Assembly: GCF_009914755.1 (NCBI RefSeq)
Contig: NC_060928.1
DNA: 64,000 nt
Direction: 5' to 3' (one strand)
DNA from: the human T2T-CHM13v2.0 reference genome, Homo sapiens
Positions 24,521-38,866 of this stretch are shown in pieces (positions within the stretch are counted from its first letter, which is position 1; each line of letters starts with the position of its first letter). Made by a program: the position numbers and the translations under genes. Under the pieces are notes generated by a model. It made no database searches. It was not told the DNA's origin and was given only the letters and a program-made list of their open reading frames with translations.

Positions 24521-25758
24521 TAATTTTCTGTATTATTGTAAATAAAAGACGTGTAATTGACTCATGTTTCTGCAAGCTGTGAAGGAATCATTGTGTCTTC
24601 TGTTTCTGGGAGGAATCAGGAAGACTCCTCGTTATATCAGAAAGCCAAGGGACAATGAGATGTCTCCTAAAGCAGGAGTAGGAGGAAGACAGAGTGAGGA
24701 AAGAGGTTCCACAGCCTGTTAAACAACCAGATCTCATGAGAAGTCACTCACTATCAGGAGGATAGCATCAAGGTGATGGTCCTTTATCATTCGTGAAGTA
24801 TCTACCTGCACCATTTTATGACTAAATCTTTTTCCACCTAGGCCCCGCCTCTAACATTACAAAATATAATTCCATATGAGTTTTGGTTGGGACATAGAGA
24901 AAAACCGTATTATTCTGTCCCTGACCCCATGAATCTCATGTCCTTCTCACATTGCAAAATACAATCATGCCTTGCCAGCAGTCTCCCAAAGTCTTAACTC
25001 ATTTCAGGATTAACTCAAAGTTACAAAGTCCAAATCTCATCTGGGTCAAGGCTGCAGTCTCTTTTGCCTATGAGTCTCTGAAAAAAGCAAGTTCACTGCT
25101 TCTAAGGTACAATGATGGTACAGGCATTGTGTAAGCTTTCCATATCAAAAATAAAGACATTTTCCAGAAAGCTTATTTCTCTCTGAGACCTCCTCAGTCT
25201 GGTCTTCATTGTCCATGTTTCTGTCAGGATTTTTGTCACAACAATTGAGCCAGACTCTAAGATGGTCCAAAAGTTTTCTCATCTATCTGTCTTCTTTTGA
25301 GCCTTCCAAACTCTTCCAACCTCCGTCCATTACCGGGTTCCAAAGCTGCTTCCACATTTCCAGGTATCTTTATAGCAGTGCTCCAGTCCTCATTTGCCAT
25401 TTTCTGTATGATTTATTTTGAAAAATAGGTTTAATTGTCTCATGGTTCTAAGCACAGTGCTTCTGCTTCTAGGAGGCCTCAGAAATCTTTCAATAATCAT
25501 GGAAGGCAAAGAAAGAATTAGTTGTCTCACATGGCAAGGGGAAAACACGGAGAGTAGGGAGGTGACATAGAGTTTTCAGTGACCAGACCTCATGAGAAGT
25601 CACTCATTATTGTGAGGACGGTACAAGGGGATGGTGCTGAACCATTCATGAGAAATTTGCCTTCATAATTCAATTACCTTACTCCAGGATCCACCTTCCA
25701 CATTAGGAAATATAATTCAACATGAGATTCGGAGGAGACACATATTCAAATTGCATCA
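24520..25758 (-). mobile_element. MaLR MST-type element: LTR, internally deleted int, LTR (terminates the array)
   Basis: LTR at ~24520-24912, short internal segment, and LTR at ~25400-25758 containing 'ggggatggtgctgaaccattcatgagaa' and ending 'cacatattcaaattgcatca'. Confidence 0.8.
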
Positions 25759-25799
25759 TCAATCTTTGAATATAAAGACATCCACAGTAGGCTTTATCC

Positions 25800-27050
25800 A
25801 GCCAACTTCTTTGAGAATCTTTATAGGGTTTGAGGTCTAGAGCATATACACTAAAATATTCATTCTTCAAAAAGCAATAAAGTGGTATTATCATTTTTCC
25901 AAAAGTTACAGCAGTAGTTTAGGCATTCATAGCATGATTTAGTTCACATTTGCTACTGTTTCTATTCTATCACCACATTAACTGTTTCCTATACAATTCT
26001 GTATTCAGCTGGATTTCAGTTGAGCACAAAACCATCCTTGTACTAGCTCTTTGCTAGTGTTATTATTCTGCTGTAGAAAGTATCCTTGAACTGGAAACAG
26101 TCCACGATTGAGTATTGAGTCATTCAACACTATCAATTCCTCAGTGACTTTTTGAAAAAGTAGTATCTCTTGTTGCAAGAAATGCTGCATCTGTGAGTCC
26201 ATGTCTCTCACTGGAATTGGATGGAAGTGGTGAATTTCAGCCAAAGTAGCCAAAGAAATCCTGTTCCTGTGATTCTGACATCATCAGCCTCTGCACCTCT
26301 GTATTCCCTTCTGCCACATGTTGCCTGCTCTCCGTGACTTTGGTAAGAGCTTCCTTGTGTATCTGGATGATGTCCAAGATGTTGGTCTTGTGTCCCTGAG
26401 ACAGCACTAACAGGCCCATGGCTGGGTCGGGGTCCTGCCTGGACTGATTGGCAAAGAGCTCACTGACAATGTGGAAGATGCTCTTTCTTAAAGCCTGTCA
26501 CCACTCATTGGCTGTGAAGTTGACCTGAGAGCCCTGTTGTCCATCTTCTTGGTGAAGCACTTGAAGCCGTCAATCTTGCTCTCCCACTCCTAAAGGTTGA
26601 GTGTCACTCTGAGGGAGGGCTCAGGGCCAGGAAGAATCTGGCACTCACCATCTCATCCTTCTCAGCCTTCCTCTTGCCCTGTCTCCAGGCTGTCTCTTCA
26701 GTGCTGGTGGGGTACATCAGGAAGTGACAAAAAATGTGGCACTGTGCCTGCACCCAGACGCTGGTTGTGTGGTTCATCTACCAGATTGGGCCCTTTCTGC
26801 ACTTGAACACAGATCCACTTCACCATAGATGCATTCCACACTGTCAATGAGCTCTTTGCCAATCAGCCCAGGCAGGACCTGGACCCAGTCATGGACCTGT
26901 TAGTGCTGTCTCAGGGACACCAGGCCAACATTCTGGACATCATCTACATACCCAAGGAAGCTCTTACCAGAGTCATCCTCCAGATGGCCTGTGTTCTGCC
27001 TCTTGGCACCTGAGAAGCCCACAGTGCTGTAGAAGCCCCTATGCATGGAC
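25800..27050 (-). pseudogene. Processed SNX18 pseudogene (SNX18P family): PX end, BAR region and part of the 3'UTR
   Basis: Minus-strand peptides [69 protein letters not shown] and ATLAEIHHFH..VRD..SQMQHFLQQEILLFQKVT match SNX18. The region has frameshifts and an internal deletion, with no intron visible. Both ends are approximate and the paralog number cannot be assigned. Confidence 0.9.
26815..26976 (+). pseudogene. Inverted second copy of an SNX18 BAR segment inserted inside the pseudogene
   Basis: The plus strand reads [52 protein letters not shown] and is the reverse complement of ~26335-26478. Confidence 0.88.
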
Positions 27051-27149
27051 TGGAGCCCCAAAGGTGGCACACACCCCGCTCCTGAGCCTGCTGCTCCTTT
27101 CCTCTATGTGGCTCCATTTGCAGCACATTTGTTGCACTGAGTCCTATTC

Positions 27150-27475
27150 ATCCCAGGCAAAGCCAAGCTGGCTCAAAGAGCAACCAGCCACCTCTGCAAG
27201 GGTGTGCCAGGAGCTGATAGACCAGCCACCAACGTCACTCCCTGCCAGCCAGGGTAAATCAGTTACTCTGCCCTGGAGGTAGAGCCCCAGTGCCATCTGC
27301 TTTTCCTCAGGCCTCCACTCCATCAGCTGTCAGGTGGTGGTCATTCAGACTGTGGGAACCTGGCCATCCCTGTTTCCTTGAGTGGGTGAGGTTGGTGACT
27401 GCTCCACCTGCTCCTGGCACACCCTTGCAGAGGTAGCTGGTTGCTCTTTGAGCCAGCTTGTCCTTGCCTGGCATG
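27150..27475. repeat. Inverted repeat, arms ~27150-27238 and ~27385-27472
   Basis: 'agctggctcaaagagcaaccagccacctctgcaagggtgtgccaggagc' and its reverse complement are both present. ORFs on both strands share SWLKEQPATSARVCQE. Confidence 0.9.
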
Positions 27476-28433
27476 CACAGGCCCCAGGTACTGAGAAGTT
27501 GCTCCGAGTAAGCTTGTCTTGGGCCAAATTCTAAGTCTGGCCAGGGCCACAGAAGGCCGAGTCCCCTGGGTGGTAATCCTGGCTGCTGCAGGGAACCCAT
27601 GGTGCCCCTCCCCTCCCAGGGCTCAGGATGAGGTCCGACTGGGACAGGATGCTTTAGGTATGGGACTTGTGCCCCAGGAGGGGGCCTCTGTCACACAGGT
27701 TGGGTGAGAAGATGTATGCCATGCTGCTGGCTGCTGGCTGCCGGCTGCCAGGGCTTTTGGGATGCACGTTCACCCTTCCTTTCAGGGACCTCAAAGTGAC
27801 CAGCTTCCCTTTTAAGAATGACTTCCCAAGGCCCAGGAGCCATCTGGGGCTGCAGAGCTGCATGCTGCCCTGGCTTCTTCCATGTTGTGCTGGTCACTAC
27901 CCACCAAGGGGGATCAGATGCAGGCACGATGCAGGACGGTAGTCTCTGGACCTGTGTCTTGGTTATCATGGAGCTGGACTGGGCCTGGTGACAGGGCCCT
28001 GATGGGGTTGTCCTGGGTGGTCAGGGGGGTGATGAGAAAAATGCAGAATGGAATTGCTGTGAGGATGAATGAGACGACTGTCAGCACAAAACAGGCACCC
28101 GGTGAGTGTTCAGGGATTACCCTCAGTAGCTGCCCAGAGGCCAAAACCACCCACCTGATAGTGACTGTCCCCAAGCCAGGAGGAAGTGAGGAGAGCAGGT
28201 CCCACTCACCTGAGTCTGATCAGTGAGCTGTGTTGAGATGTGTCTGTCATCTAGAAAATGGTCCTTCATGCAGAGCTACTCACAGACACTGCTGTGTGTC
28301 TCTAACTTCTCCACAACACAGAGGCGATGGGGACTCAGGAAGAGTGATGTTGTGGGTTGACAACCCACCACAACGGGAGCCTGCTTGGGTCAACAGGGCT
28401 CAGAGTCAGTGTCCTCTATCCCCTGAACTGACA

Positions 28434-28503
28434 TGTGTATATACAATGTGTTTGTGTACGCATGTGTGCCTGTGTGTGTGTGCGCGTGTATGTGTGTGTT
28501 TGT
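28434..28503. repeat. Imperfect (TG)n microsatellite
   Basis: tgtg-rich run visible directly. Confidence 0.7.
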
Positions 28504-28864
28504 CTTGCTTCTCTGGACAGGCCTAGCTTCTCCACCCATGGGTGCACCCAGGTCCTCATCACTGTCACCTTAGAGCATTAGAGCCTCTATAGGTGCTCCC
28601 CAATCTCTGCCCTCCCCACCCATGGTGGTCCTGGGGATGTAGACAGAAGAGAGGCACTGCATACTGCTGAGAGGGCTGGCACCCTCTCTAGGTGGAACAC
28701 AGGTCATTTGTAAAGTTGTAGGTTTGTCAAGCAGTATTGGATTCAACACATCTTCTCACCTTCTCTTTCCAGCCACCCTCTAGGGTGCCCTGACTCACCT
28801 TCCCTGCAGATGGAGGCAAGGAGGTGACAGAGAAAAGCCCCCTGCCTAAGGTCCAATAGTGGCC

Positions 28865-29481
28865 AGCAGGCCACGTACTGACGAATCATCCCTGACCAGG
28901 TTCCCAGTGATGAGTGATGAGGCCCCTAATGACCACTCCTCCATTGACCAGGTCCCACTGATCAAGTCCCCGCTGACCATGTCTTCCTAACCAGGCCCAC
29001 ACTTAATAGGCCTCATGGACCAGACCCCACTGACCAATTTTCCACTGACCTGGTCCCCACTGACAAGACCGGGTTCCCACTGACAAGACCACAATTTACC
29101 AGGTTGCTGCTGACCCGACCCCCCACTAAACAATTCTCCATGGATGAGTCCCTAGCTGACCGAGCCCCCTCTGACCAGGCCCTCATTGACCAGGTTCCAA
29201 GCCACTAAGGCCCCACACTGACCAGGCCTCTGGTATACTGTATATGCCTCACCAACCAGTTTTTCATTGTTTATGTTCCAACTGATCAGGCCCCACTAAT
29301 AAGGCCACCACTGACTAGGTCCCCCCACTGACCAGGCTTCCAATGATTAGGTCACCAGGTCCCCACTGATGAGGCCTTTACTGAGGAGGCCGCCACTAAC
29401 CAGGCCCCTGCTGATCAGGTCCCACATGACTAGGTCCTGATGACCAGGTCATCTCTGACCATGGTCCACTGACCAGGCCCT
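28865..29481. repeat. Degenerate minisatellite CCCCACTGACCAGG, copy 2 (same orientation as copy 1)
   Basis: Tandem variants of 'ccccactgaccagg'. Confidence 0.9.
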
Positions 29482-30867
29482 TGAGCAACGGGGCTCAAAG
29501 TCTCATTACAATGTCCCCCTCAGCTCATAGACCCTCCCTCCCTGCATGTGTGCCCAGAGGTCAGGCCCTGGGGGTTTTTTTGAGACATGGCCTTTCCTCC
29601 AAGACACAGGGAGAGACAGTTGGCCTCAGGCTCCAGGTTCCCAGCTCCACACTCACACCAAAGGCCCTCTGGGCCGTCTCAAAGGAGAAAGTGAGGTGGC
29701 CTGACACTGCCTGGACACACCATCTACCCTATTCCTGAGTGTCAGAGTGTGAGGAAGGGAGGGACGTTTGGCAGATGAGACACACTGTGCTGTTGGGTCT
29801 CCCAGGGCCCTTCCCATATAGCCCCGATCTAAAGACACAACACAGAGGCTACAGGAAGACTAATCCAGAACCTCTGAGGCTCAGCCAGGGACCACATGAG
29901 GACTCTCTCCAGACAGCCAGAAGGCTCTTTGCTAGTTTCCTGGTACCTCAGTGGATGTGGCAGCGGTTCTTCTGTTGGGGACCAGTGAGTACACACTGGG
30001 GAGGGCTCACCTGTGCTTCCTCATTGGCTCCACCTCTGCTTCTAAAAAAAATTACTCATTCCAGAGCTGGGGCAGAGAAAATACAAGATGAGCTTAGAAC
30101 ATCTTCTGCCAGAAATTAAAAAAGTGCTGACAGAGTAACGGAGACAAATCAAAGAGACATAAAGTCAGCTTGGAATGTCTACTACTGGCCTAATCTTGGG
30201 GAATTGAAGCATCAGAATCAAGAGCTTTCCTTCTCCCTTATTTATTGGTTTTATTTCTCCATGTAGAACAAAGAAGACAATAGGAAAATAATCATCTGGC
30301 ATCCATCAAAGTAATAATTGTTCAAACACAAGTCATCATGAAATGCTAAATCTAGTGGGTTCTGAGGAGTAACAAGATATTTACAGAGCCTCAAAGTATC
30401 TCCATACAAAATACGGTTGAACTACAAAAAGAAAATCATAACATTAGCATGGACAAACCTGGCAGGTACTCCTTAAGTCTCCTAAGTAATAAAAACTGTA
30501 AAATGCAAATAAGACTTTGATGACCTTTACTAACCTTTACTAAAGTATCAATGATGACTTGGTTGTTTAAACAGCTGACATTTGGGCAATTTGAGTATGT
30601 CAAACTCAATAATACTGGTTTTCATTTGCAAGATCCACTTAAAACTTAAGGAGGCTAAAAAACATCATTTAAAATACCCTATAAATTATCATCATATATA
30701 TCATACAAAAATATCCTACTTCAGTAAATATTGTAATGTTATACATTTTATGAGAAACAACTAAAATGTGTAAATAGCCCAGTAATAAAGTTTTATAATC
30801 TTTTAAATCATACAATTTTTCTTTAAGACTTTATGGTTAAATATTCTCTTCGTTAGATGTGGCTTAC

Positions 30868-30921
30868 CCGTGGATTCTAGAGAAGAAAGTAGATGGGAGC
30901 AAGTGTCCGACACAGCAGCAG
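30868..30921 (-). pseudogene. ANKRD18-like terminal coding exon (54 bp)
   Basis: Boundaries are tctttccag|CTGCTGCTG and CACGG|gtaagc. Peptide LLLCRTLAPIYFLL* resembles the recalled ANKRD18A end LLLRWALAPIYFLL. Confidence 0.75.
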
Positions 30922-32090
30922 CTGGAAAGAAAAATAAAGAATTATGTTCTTTACCTAAAACACTTCAGTTGACTAAGTGTGCGTTTAAAAACTAAAGAGT
31001 TGATAACTTTATCAGAGTTAATAAGAATGAGAAATATGTATGTGCATTTACAATACAAAATTACTATTTAATAGTTTACACATGGCATTAATTCTAATTG
31101 TGTTTAAATATCAGAGTTTTTCATTCTTCATTCATGTAATCAACAGCCACATGCTAAGGTACTAGAACCAGCACTGGAATTACAAGATGAAGATGGCATG
31201 GTCCACCTCCCAACAGTCATATGCTATAACCTAAAAAAAAACAGACAGGCAGGCAATGTCCATATAGAGTCAAAGATACCATGACAGGTATAGAGCAGGG
31301 CACTACTGGAACACATAGAAGGGACATCTACCCACTTTTATGTCAATATCATGGGCTTTCTGGTGGAGGAGATAACATAGGTTGATACCTGAAGGGCAAG
31401 AAAAAGCTTCCCAGATAGAGGGAAGAGGGGAAGGCAAAGAGCCAGAGGTGAGGAAGAGCCCTGCAGAGTTCCACTCCATCCAGTTTGGTGCTAGAGCAAA
31501 GGGCAGAGTGCAGTAAGTGGCGAGAGACAAGGCTGAGTAACTTGACGAGAATTACTTTGATATGGGTGTTTTTATTTCATGGTGAAAAATTTGGAACTTT
31601 TCCTGAGAACAAGTGTAAGCCAATGACACAGTAATTGACAGGAGATTTAAAATGTCACCTGTCAAGTGACTGCTTATGAAGGGTTATTGCTCAGCTAAGT
31701 ATTTCTTAATGAGTCTTAGGTCTGTTGGCCTTCAATCTCTACCGAAACCCTGAGAACTTGATGATGCTTTTGTTTTCTGAGAATCGTTTCAGTGTGCTGG
31801 CTGACAGTTCCATGAGGATGGCAAAACTTAAGAAAGTGTAGAGCCAGTGAAAAAGAGATGCACAGACTTCTTGGGAACTGTTTAAGCTTTGGAACATGAT
31901 GAATTTATGGTGTATAAGTACAGTCTTCTCTGTGAAAGTTTCTGTTTTCACATCTTTCATTAGATGTGTGTAAGAAAAAAAATATTGATGTAGTATCTAC
32001 TAACCCAAGAATGAAAAGGAATGCCATTTGCTATTTACACTTTATTTCTAAAATAAACCTAAATTTAATTAATAAATTTTGGCAACGTAC

Positions 32091-32136
32091 TTCTCTTTGT
32101 TTCTCTAATTATTTGTTCTACACAGTCCGGCTCCAT
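32091..32136 (-). pseudogene. ANKRD18/20A-like mini-exon (46 bp)
   Basis: Boundaries are attttag|ATGGAGCCGGAC and AGAGAA|gtacgt. Peptide MEPDCVEQIIRETKR. Confidence 0.7.
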
Positions 32137-32405
32137 CTAAAATAAGTAAAAATAATAATAATGTTTAAGTTAAACAAGAAACATTATCATAAAAATAAGA
32201 CATCACTTACAAAATGTGGCCTTTAGTATTTTTAGTGACTAGACATAACTTGAAGTTTGCTTAAATAGAAAAATAATCACATAAATAAAGTAAAATTTCT
32301 ACTTATTTTAAGATGAGATAACAGAGGATGTATATGTGTAATGCTGTTTAGAGTAATCTGACAAAAATGCAGTTAATATTGATCTATTGCATATACATGA
32401 TTTTA

Positions 32406-32804
<399 letters not shown>

Positions 32805-32884
32805 TTATGAAAGTTTAACCCATTTTTTACTTCAATAAATTTTATCTTAAAAAGAAATTTCTGTTCTCTACTTATAGTAAACTT

Positions 32885-34055
32885 TTCTCTTTTTTTTTTC
32901 TAGTTTGTATTCTAAATTAACGTGGTACCTCTGTAGGTTTCTTTCAAAGGCATATTTAGGGATGCCGAGGTTTGCAGCACAATTGAACTCATCACACAGG
33001 TAGTGAGCATAGGACCCAAGAAGTAGTTTTTCAACCCTGGCCCACTCTGTCCCTCCCCGTTCTTATTTTCCAGTGTCTATTATTCCCGTGTTTATGACAA
33101 TGTGCACCCCATGTGTAGCTCCCACGTGAGTGAAAACATGAGATATTTGGTTTCTGTTTCTGTGTTGGTTTGCTTAGGAGAGTGGATTCCAGCTGTATGC
33201 TTGTTGCTGCAAACGATGTGATTTTGTTCTTTTTATGGCTGCATAGTATTCCATGGTATATATGGAATTTTCCAATCTACCTTGGATTTTCAACGTACCT
33301 TGGATGCACCTGGATTGACTCCACGTCTTTGTTATTGTGAATAGTGCTGCAGTGAACATACATGTGTATGCATCTTCTTGTTACAATGATTTATTATCCT
33401 TCTGGTATACCTCTAGTGTAGTAATGGGGTTGCTGTATCCAACAGTCTTTCTTACTTCTTAATTTCCAAACTGCTCTCCAGAATAGCTGAATTAATTAAC
33501 TTTGCCACAAACAGTGTGTGTTCACTTTTCTCCACAGCCTCCCCAACATCTTTTTTAATTTTTTTATTTATTATTTTTTTTTAACAAAAGTCATTCTGAC
33601 TGGTGTGAAATGGTATCTCACTGATGTTTTGTTTGTCATTTTTATGATAATTAGCAACGGCAAGCATTTGTTAATGTTTGTTTGGCCACTACAAGTGTTA
33701 TTTTGAGAACTATCTGTTCATGTCCTTTGCCCATTTTTCATGGTGTTATTTATTTTTTGCTTGTTGATTTGTTTAGGTCTCTTATGGATTCTGGATAATA
33801 GGATAATAGGCGTTTGCTATATCCATAGTTTGTGAATATTTTCTTCCATTCTTTAGTCTGTCTGTTTAATCCCGTGATAGTTTCTCATGCTGTGCAGAAG
33901 CTATTTAGCTAAATTAGATCACACTTGTCAATTTTTGTTATTCTTGCAATTGCTTTTGAGGACTTAGCCATAAATTAATTGACAAATATGATGTCTAAAG
34001 GAGAATTTCCTAGATTTTCTTCCAGGATTTTTATAGTCAGAAGATGTACTTTTAT
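32885..34055 (-). mobile_element. LINE-1 3' fragment (old L1PA/L1PB)
   Basis: Reverse L1 3' motifs 'ttttatggctgcatagtattccatggtatatat', 'tgtgaatagtgctgcagtgaacata' and 'gctgtgcagaagctatttag'. Confidence 0.85.
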
Positions 34056-34073
34056 GTAAGAAAAGCACAAACA

Positions 34074-34375
34074 TTTTATTTTTATTTTTATTTTTTTTGA
34101 GATGGAGTCTCCATCACCCAGGCTATAGTGCAGTGGTATGATCTTGGCTTACTGCAACCTCTGTCTCCTGGGTTCAAGTGATTCTCCTGCCTCAGCCTCC
34201 TGAGTATCTGAGATTACACATGCCTGCCAACACCCCTTGCTAACTTTTGTATGTTTACTGGAGACAGGTTTCATCATGTTGGCCAGGCTGTTCTCAAACT
34301 CCTGACCTCAAGTGATTCACCTGCCTCGGCCTCCCCAAATTTTGGGATTACAAGTGTGAGCCACCGTGCCTGGCC
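34074..34375 (-). mobile_element. Alu
   Basis: Reverse-complement Alu with a T-rich tail. Confidence 0.93.
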
Positions 34376-34565
34376 AAGCACAAAGCTTTTAACATAAAAA
34401 TGGAACTGAATATTTTAGTGTTTTGTTTAATTAATAAAATGCAATTATTTTGGATTCTACTAAATAATAAACATCCATATGTGGTAAACTGTTTGGATGC
34501 CAATCATTCAGTTGTGATTATGGGTGGGAAGAATTGAGATGGTGCAAATAAACTTTTTTTTAAAT

Positions 34566-34857
34566 TTTTTATTTTCAAGACGGAATCTTGCCCTGTCACC
34601 CAGGCTGGAGTGCAGTGGTGCAATCTCAGCTCCTGCAACCTCCATCTCCCAGGTTCAAGCAATTCTCTGCCTCAGCCTTCCTAGTAGCTGGGATTACAGG
34701 TGCCCACCACCACACCAGACTAATTTTTTTTGTACTTTTAGTAGAGATGGAGTTTCACCATCTTGGACAGGCTGATCTTGAACTCCTGACCTCGTGATAC
34801 ATCTGCCTCAGCCTCCCAAAGTGTTGGGATTACAGGCATGAGCCACAGCACCTGGCC
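34566..34857 (-). mobile_element. Alu
   Basis: Reverse-complement Alu ending 'gagccacagcacctggcc'. Confidence 0.93.
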
Positions 34858-34885
34858 AGTGCAAAGAAACTTTAAAAGTGACATG

Positions 34886-35183
34886 GGCCGGGTGCGGTGG
34901 CTCATGCCTGTAATACCAACACTTTGAGAGGCTGAGGCAGGCAGATCACAAGGTCAGGAGTTCAAGAAGAGCCTGGCCAATATGGTGAAACCCTGTCTCT
35001 ACTAAAAATACAAACATTAGCTGGGTGTAATGGTGGGTGCTTGTAGTCTCAGCTACTCAGGAGGCTGAGGCAGGAGAATCACTTGAACCCAGGAGGTGGA
35101 GGTTGCAGTGAGTGGAGATGGCACCAAGACACCCCAGCCTGGGCGACAGAGTGAGACACTGCCTCAAAAAAAAGAAAAAAAAA
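34886..35183 (+). mobile_element. Alu
   Basis: ggccgggtgcggtggctca start and an A-tail. Confidence 0.95.
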
Positions 35184-35529
35184 GTGGTATGAACCACACC
35201 TAACTACAGTCAATTAGAGAGTAAGCCAAAGCATCTCAAAGTATATCATCAGTTATCAGGCAACAACATGTAATTTCTAAAACCTAACTTAAATGCAGAT
35301 TTAAAAACATTTTAAATGTGTCAGTTTAGTCACATTTATTGAATAAAGTTAGCAAATGGATATCTCTTGAAAATGAGGGCTCCAGGGAATTAAAAAATGT
35401 AAAATTCCCATTTCCTTTCTGTGTTAACACAGCTAATTATGATCTTTACTTCACATGAAAAAGTCAACAGAACAACTCAGTATTTCACCAAATTATAAAC
35501 AAGAATTACGCTAGAGAAATGAAACCCTA

Positions 35530-35844
<315 letters not shown>

Positions 35845-37116
35845 TCATTACATTTAAAGTGTTGCCCTGAGAGTAAACCAAATTACCCACTAAATAGTGT
35901 TTTCACACCGAAGATGTGTAAGAGCATACCTGTTGTAAGGAATTATAATTTTAAAATCATTCTAAAGAAGCACCTTTGTTTCTAAGGTGATTTACACTGA
36001 ACAAGCAGTTCAAACAAAGTAGACAGGGAAGAGAAATGGCTATCAGTGGTGTATGGCTCAACAGGCAAAATTTGCTGCCTTCTAAAATGGCTCTACTTGT
36101 AAGATTCTGAAGATTCCATTAGAAATACTTGTATTTAAAGGGCAATAATGTGGGAAAATGAATATGTTGATTTGCTTGATTATAAGAACCACTTCACTAG
36201 AAATAATTATATCAAAACATCATGTTGTACTCCTTAATGTAGTTTAAGAAAACTAAAATGAATTAAAAAAATCTAGGAGTACTTGTGTTTAGTAAACCAG
36301 TTTTAGATTTCACCCTTGTACATTTCACCCATTATCTAGAACCAATTAAACATTTGGCACTGAAGAATAATTCAGAGCAACAACTCCTAGGGGAGAACTA
36401 GATTGTCTGGTTGGTGATCAAAAAGAACTAAAGCATCTCTGAAGGCAATTAGCCCCCAACACTGTGACCAAGGCCCAGGAGGTGGGGCATGTTCTTTCTG
36501 CCTTCCAAACACTCCTTCTGGCTGAACAAGGTGTTATTTTTTAACCGCTTTGTGAATTACACTTCTTTAAATTCCTGTGATAATTATTCCTTATTTCACA
36601 AGGATGCCTTTCTGTAACATCTTGAATATGTTACACAAATAGTCTTTCTTGAGGCACCCTCTGATGATAATACTAAAGATCACAATCAAAAACGATTGTG
36701 CCCAAAGTAACAGTACCACTTTTCATTTAGGTTGTGATCCACTGAAAAAGAAATTAAACTCATTAATATTTCTATTTAGGGAAATTCTGACAAGTAATTT
36801 TATAACAGGATCACTTCATTAATTATAAAGCTTCAAAAATACATAGTGAAAAAAACTAACAGATCAGTTTAATTACATGAGACTTTTCAGGGGAAAAAGC
36901 CATACAAAAACAAACAAAAAAAAATGAGAGGAGAGACAAAAACTATCTTTGACTAACATTAAAAGGTAAGATTATTTACTAACATTGTTTTTCAAAATTA
37001 CATTGTCAAATTAACATTCACTTCCTACTAATATCCTGAAGCCATCTCACTAAAAATTATGCTTTTGAAACAAATTAATGAGCTTAATTCATTCTCTGAG
37101 TGTATGTTTTGACTTA

Positions 37117-37329
<213 letters not shown>

Positions 37330-37815
37330 CTAAAACAAAGGAAAATAATACACTTTTAAAACAATAACATAATTATTATATGTTTGTTGCCTTTCATTTT
37401 GAGTCAGTGATTCAAAGAGCATTTCTGAATATGTTAAAAAAGAGGCTGAAGCTTAAAATATTTCAGCAATATCAAAACTAATAACTGAATTCAGAATTAA
37501 GTCTGATTTATAAAAATTTGAAATCATAATTATGTTAGTATTAATGTAATCTGGTCATATAAAAAGTAATAGAATCCATTCATAATTTGAAAAAGTGATC
37601 AATGAACAATGTAGCTTAACACCAATTCAAAAGTATCACATAATTTCTAAATCACAATTTTTTCCTATGCCAACTGGTCTTAATCATCAAATGACTCCAT
37701 AATGAGAATCATTACTCTGAAAGATTGATTTTCTCATAATAATAATGGAAATTTAAATATTTAAAAGAAAAAACAGATGCCATTTTTTTCTACAACTCTA
37801 CAAAGCAGATTGCTA

Positions 37816-38361
<546 letters not shown>

Positions 38362-38651
38362 TTATCAGTAATGCATCAGATTCTTCAAATGTGAACCCTT
38401 AAATTACTCAGAATTTTAAGAACAATGTTAAAGCTACCATGAGTCATAAAAATATATTCTTTACTATCATCATCTTTGCCACAGAACTTTTGTACTTCAT
38501 CTTACTTTTATTTTTCTGATAATTTATTTTTGTTCCTCCTTAAATGGCACAAAGTTATCTCCTAGTAAAAAGTGTCTAATCCCCTTCCCTCATTATCATT
38601 CCCCACAATATGTAAAAAAAAGTTTCAGAGATATCATATTGAGTTATTTAG

Positions 38652-38866
38652 GCCAAAGTCAATACATGGCTCTAGGAATAAGACTTTGAAATTAATATTA
38701 CACTCTATACTAGGCATGGTGGCTCATGACGGTAATCCCATCACTTTAAAAAGCAGTGGCAGAAAGATCACTTGAGGCCAGGAATTTGAGATCAGCCAGA
38801 GCAACATAGTGAGACCCACATCTCTAGAAAAAAAAAATTTTAAAATTACCCGGGCATGGTGGCTCA
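38652..38866 (+). mobile_element. Old Alu (J-type), truncated early in the right arm by the NUMT
   Basis: Left arm, A-rich linker and 'ccgggcatggtggctca', followed directly by mitochondrial sequence. Confidence 0.85.

Noticed and set aside
27050-28860. Extension of the SNX18 pseudogene N-terminus, or a GGT-related 5' UTR segment
   Set aside because: There is only faint resemblance from memory and no convincing colinear peptide. An alignment is needed.
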